Assembly: GCA_030917985.1 (NCBI GenBank)
Contig: JAUPTR010000156.1
Location: forward strand, 1-32,250
Reading direction: 5' to 3'
Origin: Pseudomonadota bacterium
Lineage (GTDB): Bacteria; Pseudomonadota; Gammaproteobacteria; Burkholderiales; SCOH01
DNA: 32,250 bases
In this document: positions 27,021-32,250 of the stretch, piece after piece
Layout: every line of letters begins with the position of its first letter
Numbering within the stretch: the stretch's first letter is position 1
Translations under genes and position numbers: made by a program
Notes under the pieces: model-generated
Told to the model about the DNA's origin: nothing
The model's input: the letters and a program-made list of their open reading frames with translations, nothing else
Database searches by the model: none

Positions 27021-27086
27021 CTGCAAGCCGCACCCACATTGCCTCACAGTCTGGTCTGCAGGCCAATACCAGAGCGGCGTGCAGCC
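27021..27086. repeat. Degenerate inverted pair of family-B REP-like units (BIME-like)
   Basis: 27021-27043 CTGCAAGCCGCACCCACATTGCC resembles the reverse complement of the family-B unit (CTGCAAGCCGCGCCGGTATTGGC). 27055-27086 TCTGCAGGCCAATACCAGAGCGGCGTGCAGCC resembles the forward unit. Located in the divergent GGDEF/coaBC intergenic region. Confidence 0.5.
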
Positions 27087-27205
27087 TTGCTGCTCAATCC
27101 GCAGAACAGGCACACGTCGCACTCCCGCCAACAAAACCATGATCAATTTGGCCGCCCCCTGCCCTTGCGGTAAACTTGCGCCATCTTTTTGCTTCGGCGT
27201 GGCCC

Positions 27206-28393
27206 ATGTCGCACAACCACAAAACCATCCTGCTCGGCATCACCGGCGGCGTTGCCGCCTATAAATCGGCGGAACTGACGCGCCTGCTGGTGAAAGCCGG
27301 TTACACGGTGCAGGTGGTAATGACCGATGCCGCCAGCGAGTTTGTCGGCCCGGCAACGTTTCAGGCCTTGTCGGGGCAGCCGGTGTTTACCAACCAATGG
27401 GATAAACGCATCGCAAACGGCATGCCGCATATTGATCTGTCACGCGATGCCGATGCAATCCTGATCGCCCCGGCCAGCGCTGATTTTCTGCGCAAACTGT
27501 CACACGGAGCGGCGGATGATCTGCTGTCGACGCTGTGTTCGGCACGCGATTGCCCCTTACTGGTGGCGCCGGCGATGAACCTGCAGATGTGGGAGAACCC
27601 GGCCAACCAGCGCAACGTGGCGCTACTGCGCCAGGATGGCATCGCCATCCTCGGCCCCGGCTGTGGCGAGCAGGCCTGCGGCGAAGTTGGCGACGGCCGC
27701 ATGCTGGAGCCGGAGCAGTTGTTTGAATTGGTGGAGAATTTCTTCCAGCCCAAGCCGCTGCACGGCAAACAGGTGGTGATTACCGCCGGCCCGACCTTCG
27801 AGCCGATTGATGCGGTGCGTGGCATTACCAATTCCAGCTCGGGCAAGATGGGTTATGCGATTGCCCGCGCCGCGATTGAAGCCGGTGCCAAGGTGACGCT
27901 GGTGAGCGGGCCAACGGCCTTGGCCGCGCCGATGGGCGTAAACCGCATCAACGTACAAAGCGCGCAGGACATGCTGCAGGCGGTGCTGCAGCAAATCGGT
28001 ACAGCGGATATTTTCATCGGCGTGGCGGCGGTGGCCGATTACGCGGTGAAAAACCGTAGCGAACACAAGATCAAGAAAAGCGACGCCGACCTGACTATCG
28101 AACTGACGCCGAATCCGGATATCCTCGCCACCGTTGCCAGCCTGCCGGCGGCGCCATTCTGTGTCGGTTTTGCCGCCGAAAGCCAGAATCTGCTGCAATA
28201 TGCCGACGAAAAACGCCGTCGCAAGAATATCCCGCTGCTGGTGGCCAATCTGGTGCAAAACGCGCTGGGCGCCGACGACAATGAGGTGATCCTGCTCGAC
28301 GATGCCGGCCAGCACCCGCTGCCACGCGCACCCAAAAAACAAATTGCACGCGAACTGATCCGGCACGTTGCCGAGATGCTCGCATCTGAATAA
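27206..28393 (+). CDS. coaBC: Bifunctional phosphopantothenoylcysteine decarboxylase / phosphopantothenate-cysteine ligase
   Basis: [40 protein letters not shown] (flavoprotein domain) and [29 protein letters not shown] (CoaB domain). Start at MSHNHK (27206) rather than the track's 27176. Confidence 0.93.
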   Translation: MSHNHKTILLGITGGVAAYKSAELTRLLVKAGYTVQVVMTDAASEFVGPATFQALSGQPVFTNQWDKRIANGMPHIDLSRDADAILIAPASADFLRKLSHGAADDLLSTLCSARDCPLLVAPAMNLQMWENPANQRNVALLRQDGIAILGPGCGEQACGEVGDGRMLEPEQLFELVENFFQPKPLHGKQVVITAGPTFEPIDAVRGITNSSSGKMGYAIARAAIEAGAKVTLVSGPTALAAPMGVNRINVQSAQDMLQAVLQQIGTADIFIGVAAVADYAVKNRSEHKIKKSDADLTIELTPNPDILATVASLPAAPFCVGFAAESQNLLQYADEKRRRKNIPLLVANLVQNALGADDNEVILLDDAGQHPLPRAPKKQIARELIRHVAEMLASE

Positions 28394-28410
28394 ACCTTCC
28401 GGAACCCATC

Positions 28411-28860
28411 ATGACCACTGTTGACCTGCAAATCCTTGATGCACGTATCCACGAAAATCTGCCGGCCTACGCCACCGATGGCGCCGCTGGCCTCGATCTG
28501 CGCGCCTGTCTCGATGTGCCGCTGGATATCCACCCGGGCGAAACCAAGCTGATTCCGACCGGTATTGCAATTCATCTGGATAATTCCAAACTGGCGGCCA
28601 TGATCCTCCCGCGATCGGGGCTGGGCCACAAACACGGTATCGTGCTCGGCAATCTGGTGGGGCTGATCGACTCCGATTATCAAGGGCAGATTTTTGTTTC
28701 GTGCTGGAATCGTGGTAAGGAAAGCTTCACCATTCAGCCACTGGAGCGGATCGCGCAGATGGTGATTGTGCCGGTGGTACAGGTGCAATTTAACCTGGTC
28801 GATAATTTTGATCAGAGCGAGCGTGGCGCCGGCGGCTTTGGCAGCACTGGCAAACACTGA
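28411..28860 (+). CDS. dut: dUTP diphosphatase
   Basis: All five dUTPase motifs are readable: [31 protein letters not shown], and C-terminal [10 protein letters not shown]. Confidence 0.95.
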   Translation: MTTVDLQILDARIHENLPAYATDGAAGLDLRACLDVPLDIHPGETKLIPTGIAIHLDNSKLAAMILPRSGLGHKHGIVLGNLVGLIDSDYQGQIFVSCWNRGKESFTIQPLERIAQMVIVPVVQVQFNLVDNFDQSERGAGGFGSTGKH

Positions 28861-28870
28861 TCGACATGCG

Positions 28871-28913
28871 GCAATAAAAAACGGCCGGAAACCCCGGCCG
28901 TTTTTTTTATTGC
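28871..28913. terminator. Bidirectional rho-independent terminator between convergent dut and the 533-aa gene
   Basis: GCAATAAAAAA-CGGCCGG-aaacc-CCGGCCG-TTTTTTTTATTGC. GC stem at 28882-28888 / 28894-28900, flanked by an A-run and a T-run that are themselves complementary. Confidence 0.85.
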
Positions 28914-28925
28914 GCCAGAAAACAC

Positions 28926-30527
28926 TCAGGCGTTGCTGAAGCTGATACGCTCGAAATCCGGGCCCCGCTCGATCAGGCTTTCAAAACGCAGACGCTTACC
29001 CTGTTCTCCGATAAAAATTTCCACAATACGCCCTTGCTTGAACCAGCCAATCGGCACCAGCAGGCTTTCCTGTGTGCGCAATGCAGCCATGGTTGGCAAC
29101 CACAAGGCCGGTACCAGGTTGTCGCTACCTGTCGGGCTCAGGCCGACTGCCCGCATTGCCGCTGCCTTGGGCAGGCCAGGCAACATGCGCAGGCCGATCG
29201 ACAATTCATCATCTTCCGACAGGGCAATCCAGCGCACCATACCCACACTGAACCCCGCTGCATCGTCCGGACGCACCGCCAGCAGTTGATTGTGTGCGAC
29301 ACGCATACCCGCACCGGCTGCGCGGCTCAGGCCAAAACCAAAGGCACTCTGGTCAAATATGCCCCATTGCTCGGACGGACAGGGAGGAATTTGCGCGGCA
29401 TCCGCCGAGGCCAGGCCGGAATGGCCGAACATCTGGATCGCGGTAATGTTCTGCCCGCGCACCTGCGACACCGACTCTTGCGGTAAGGGCCGGCCGGTGA
29501 GGCAATGAAAAATCGAATCCAGCGAGCACACCACCTGCGCCGAACCCGACGCCGTGCGGCGCTGATAGGCGCGCTCTTCACCACCCTTGCACCATTGCTG
29601 GAAGCAGCTGACCATGACGCTGATACAGACATCGGCGACAAACTCTTCACCCAGGCCCAGTTGTGATGGGGCCTCGCCCATGCGCAGCAGCTTGATGCGC
29701 TTGGCAATACTCTTGGCCAGCTGGCTGGTGTCGAGATAACGTGCACGGGCCGCTTTAGGGGGCGTTTGATGCAAGATGCCGGCACCATCCAGATCGACAG
29801 ATACCTGCGAGGTGGCGGCGCCGATCATTTCCTTGTGCACAGTCACATAATTGGCCCAGCGATCAAGCAGACGATCCAGCCACAACATCAGTTTGGCGGA
29901 GTTGCCGCTGGGGCGTACCGTATCCAGCAGCAAGGCCTGCACGTAGGCAGCAGTGCAACTGCTGGCCTGGGCATTGGTGTTCTGGCTATCCTTGACCCCC
30001 CGTAAAGCCCAGCCGGCTTCAGATACCAGATAGAAACCGTGCAATGCCTGCCACAGGCTGACCGGGACGGAACGATACGCCAGCGCGTGTTCGCGAATTG
30101 CCAGTCCGGTGTAACGAATACAACGATGATTGACCAGCGCGGCATGCTCCTTGACACTGGCCTCGCCTTGCAGGCAATCCTGCAGCACGATCTGATACGA
30201 ACTGGCCAGCACCTGCCACATGGCCACATTCGCCTGCCAGGCGTTCAGCTCTTGCGCGGCAAGCGGCATGGGTTTGCCCATGTACTTCCTGGCGTTGGCA
30301 TCCTGCAGGAAAATGATGTTTTCACGCAGCATTTCCAGTGTTTTCAGGCGCTCCAGCGGCTCCAGCGCCACCTGCGTCAGGTCGGTCAGCGCGGCCAGCA
30401 ACTCGCGGTGAGCCTGCGGCACGTTGATCATCGGCAGCAGCGCCAGCCACTGGCGGCAGCTGCGCTGGTCGGTAAATTCCGGATTGATCAGCGGATTGAG
30501 CTCGGGCAATGCGGGCAGTTCACTCAT
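28926..30527 (-). CDS. Hypothetical 533-aa protein: helical N-terminal region plus beta-rich C-terminal region with a partial PilZ-like motif
   Basis: Long clean ORF with normal composition whose start overlaps the HIT gene stop by 8 nt. The C-terminal third contains WGIFDQSAFGFGL (a D-x-S-x-x-G match) followed by beta-strand-like segments. No clear RxxxR is seen upstream, so c-di-GMP binding cannot be asserted. Confidence 0.7.
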   Translation of the reverse strand: MSELPALPELNPLINPEFTDQRSCRQWLALLPMINVPQAHRELLAALTDLTQVALEPLERLKTLEMLRENIIFLQDANARKYMGKPMPLAAQELNAWQANVAMWQVLASSYQIVLQDCLQGEASVKEHAALVNHRCIRYTGLAIREHALAYRSVPVSLWQALHGFYLVSEAGWALRGVKDSQNTNAQASSCTAAYVQALLLDTVRPSGNSAKLMLWLDRLLDRWANYVTVHKEMIGAATSQVSVDLDGAGILHQTPPKAARARYLDTSQLAKSIAKRIKLLRMGEAPSQLGLGEEFVADVCISVMVSCFQQWCKGGEERAYQRRTASGSAQVVCSLDSIFHCLTGRPLPQESVSQVRGQNITAIQMFGHSGLASADAAQIPPCPSEQWGIFDQSAFGFGLSRAAGAGMRVAHNQLLAVRPDDAAGFSVGMVRWIALSEDDELSIGLRMLPGLPKAAAMRAVGLSPTGSDNLVPALWLPTMAALRTQESLLVPIGWFKQGRIVEIFIGEQGKRLRFESLIERGPDFERISFSNA

Positions 30528-30945
30528 GGGTCAGGCCTGTATTCAGAGCAAGGGCAAGCTGCTGGCGCACGTGCGGCAGCAGATCAGGAAGGCCGTACAC
30601 CGCGCCATCGCGCTGCACCGGGCCCCACCGGGGTTGTGGAAAATGCCGGTCATCGGCAAAACGCGGCATCACATGCCAATGCACATGGGGTGTCATGTTG
30701 CCGAAACTGGCCAGATTGATTTTTTCCGGCTGCAGCAACTGGCGCAGCACACGTTCAACCGCAAATACCACCTGCATCACGTGTTCGGATTCAGCCTGCG
30801 GCAGATCGGTCATTTCCTTTTCATGGCGATTGAGAATCACGCGGCAGAAGCCTGGGTAATAAGGATCATCGACCAGCACCACCCGGCATAAAGGGCTTTG
30901 CCAGATCATTTCTCCACCCTGCTGTTGACACAATTCACACGCCAT
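30520..30945 (-). CDS. HIT-family nucleotide hydrolase/transferase
   Basis: Histidine triad HVHWHVMPRF, N-terminal CELC, and PGFCRVILNRH. Confidence 0.88.
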   Translation of the reverse strand: MACELCQQQGGEMIWQSPLCRVVLVDDPYYPGFCRVILNRHEKEMTDLPQAESEHVMQVVFAVERVLRQLLQPEKINLASFGNMTPHVHWHVMPRFADDRHFPQPRWGPVQRDGAVYGLPDLLPHVRQQLALALNTGLTHE

Positions 30946-31000
30946 AAGGCAACACCCGTTTCCGATCAGTTATCAATGTCGGCAATTTTGTTGATGTGTA

Positions 31001-31483
31001 TTACACAGCTTCGAAACAGCCCAGTTGCAGATTCTTGCGCACTTTACCGGCTTCGAAAACCCGGCCATTCATGGCGATGTATACACCATGCGGCAAAGCC
31101 TGCAGCGCCCCAATGGCAAAACCGGTGTTGAATGTCGCATCGCTGTTACGAAAGCGCGCCGGGCTCATGGCGCCGGTCAATACAATGGTTTTACCACCGA
31201 CCACACGCAATGCTTCCGCAGTCTGCGGCATGGTGTCGGTGCCGTGGATGATCAGGATACGCTGTTCCGGCGCGTTGGCGACACTGCGGCTGATCAGGGC
31301 CCGATCTTCGTCGGTCAACTCCAGGCTGTCTTTCTTCAGGATAGACTCAACGCGGCATGGCTCCAGTACGCCGGCTTCCCGCAGAATATCCCCCACCATG
31401 GGCTCACCGATCTGGTAGTCACTCTTGGCATCAAAATAGACCTTATCGAAGGTGCCGCCAGTGGTGAAGATACAGATGGACAT
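31001..31483 (-). CDS. Stand-alone asparaginase N-terminal-domain protein (160 aa)
   Basis: MSICIFTTGGTFDK carries the asparaginase TGGT nucleophile motif. IIHGTDTM is the second Thr motif. The protein ends after about one domain. Confidence 0.8.
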   Translation of the reverse strand: MSICIFTTGGTFDKVYFDAKSDYQIGEPMVGDILREAGVLEPCRVESILKKDSLELTDEDRALISRSVANAPEQRILIIHGTDTMPQTAEALRVVGGKTIVLTGAMSPARFRNSDATFNTGFAIGALQALPHGVYIAMNGRVFEAGKVRKNLQLGCFEAV

Positions 31484-31518
31484 CGCGCCCCTCCTTGTTT
31501 ATTAGCCTTTAATTATAC

Positions 31519-31545
31519 AAAAAAATTGCCGCCCGAGGGCGGCAA
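31519..31545 (-). terminator. Rho-independent terminator of the Fe-S oxidoreductase gene
   Basis: On the minus strand: TTGCCGCCC-TC-GGGCGGCAA followed by TTTTTTT (complement of the A-run at 31519-31525). Lies 50 nt downstream of the stop at 31596. Confidence 0.8.
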
Positions 31546-31595
31546 TTATTACAAGTACATAAAATGACGGCTATCCGTAGATTTACGTAGCCGCT

Positions 31596-32250
31596 TTACA
31601 ACAGCACTCGCTCAATCCCGCCGTTATTAGCCTTGCCCACGTAATCCACCAGCCACTGCTCGCCAAGAATCTTCTTCGCCATTTCGATCACGATGTAATC
31701 GGCAGTGGTGCCGGTGTCGTTGTCGTAACGCGACAGGCCCTGCAGACAGGCCGGGCAGGAGGTCAGCACCTTTACCTGCGAAGTGGCGTCTTCCTTGCGA
31801 ATCGCCGCCACCCCCTTCTCCAGCTCTTCCTGCTTGCGGAAGCGCACCTGGGTGGAAATATCCGGACGGCTGACCGCCAACGTGCCAGCTTCACCACAAC
31901 AGCGATCCGACAGATTCACCTTGTCGCCCATCAGTTCGTTGACCACCTTGATACCCTGATAGGTCTTCATCGGGGTGTGGCAGGGCTCGTGATACATGTA
32001 TTTCACGCCATCCACACCATCCAGCTTGACACCTTTTTCCAGCAGATATTCGTGGATATCCAGCAGGCGGCAACCCGGGAAAATCTGCTCGAACTGGTAC
32101 TTCAGCAGCTGATCCATACAGGTACCGCAAGACACGATCACGGTCTTGATATCCAGGTAGTTGAGCGTATTCGCCACACGGTGGAACAACACCCGGTTTT
32201 CGGTAGTGATCTGCTGGCCCTTGTCCTCGTTGCCGCCCGCCGTTTGCGGA
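31596..32250 (-). CDS. C-terminal part of an FAD/(Fe-S) oxidoreductase with cysteine-rich CCG domains (YdiJ/GlcF/GlpC-like); 5' end beyond the window
   Basis: The frame stays open to the window edge (..PQTAGGNEDKGQQITTENRVLFHRV..). The track's 'M' at 32192 is an internal GTG. CCG-type motifs: SCGTCMDQL, HEPCH, DRCCGEAG, LTSCPACLQG. Confidence 0.8.
   Translation of the reverse strand, partial: PQTAGGNEDKGQQITTENRVLFHRVANTLNYLDIKTVIVSCGTCMDQLLKYQFEQIFPGCRLLDIHEYLLEKGVKLDGVDGVKYMYHEPCHTPMKTYQGIKVVNELMGDKVNLSDRCCGEAGTLAVSRPDISTQVRFRKQEELEKGVAAIRKEDATSQVKVLTSCPACLQGLSRYDNDTGTTADYIVIEMAKKILGEQWLVDYVGKANNGGIERVLL

Overview
High-GC (about 60%) chromosomal segment. The gene content and REP-type hairpins suggest a betaproteobacterium, possibly Chromobacteriaceae/Neisseriales-like, but that is inference only. 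All calls come from reading the ORF translations and the DNA by eye; no BLAST or HMM search was run. I see no rRNA, tRNA, CRISPR array, transposase or integrase.

Left to right:
(1) A minus-strand OmpR-type two-component pair, followed by the first 43 codons of a small Gly/Met-rich protein that runs off the left edge.
(2) A 1175-aa membrane/PAS/PAS hybrid histidine kinase with REC and Hpt. Seven nt downstream is a REC + HD-GYP + BLUF protein, an unusual candidate light- and phosphorelay-gated c-di-GMP phosphodiesterase.
(3) An ICMT/PEMT-type membrane methyltransferase.
(4) An ~9.6 kb type II secretion / type IV filament-like cluster at 8134-17782. It encodes a GspG-like major pseudopilin, GspF, GspE and four poorly recognisable PilM/N/O/P- or GspL/M/C-like proteins. 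It also encodes a TTG-started lipoprotein secretin with N-terminal TPR and a C-terminal cohesin-like domain, plus three more pseudopilins. No prepilin peptidase and no GspH-K set is present. This is the best candidate in the window for an uncharacterised system.
(5) A SAM methyltransferase, a TlpA-like thioredoxin flanked by REP repeats, and a TonB-like protein.
(6) A small ORF tightly linked (2-nt gap) to a FapA/DUF342 protein.
(7) Housekeeping genes: CoA transferase, class-I glutamine amidotransferase, rraA, moaA, a membrane GGDEF cyclase with an I-site, coaBC and dut.
(8) A HIT protein overlapping a 533-aa unknown protein with a partial PilZ-like motif, a stand-alone asparaginase N-domain protein, and the C-terminal end of a CCG-type Fe-S oxidoreductase.

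Two good intrinsic terminators and two REP-like hairpin families are visible.
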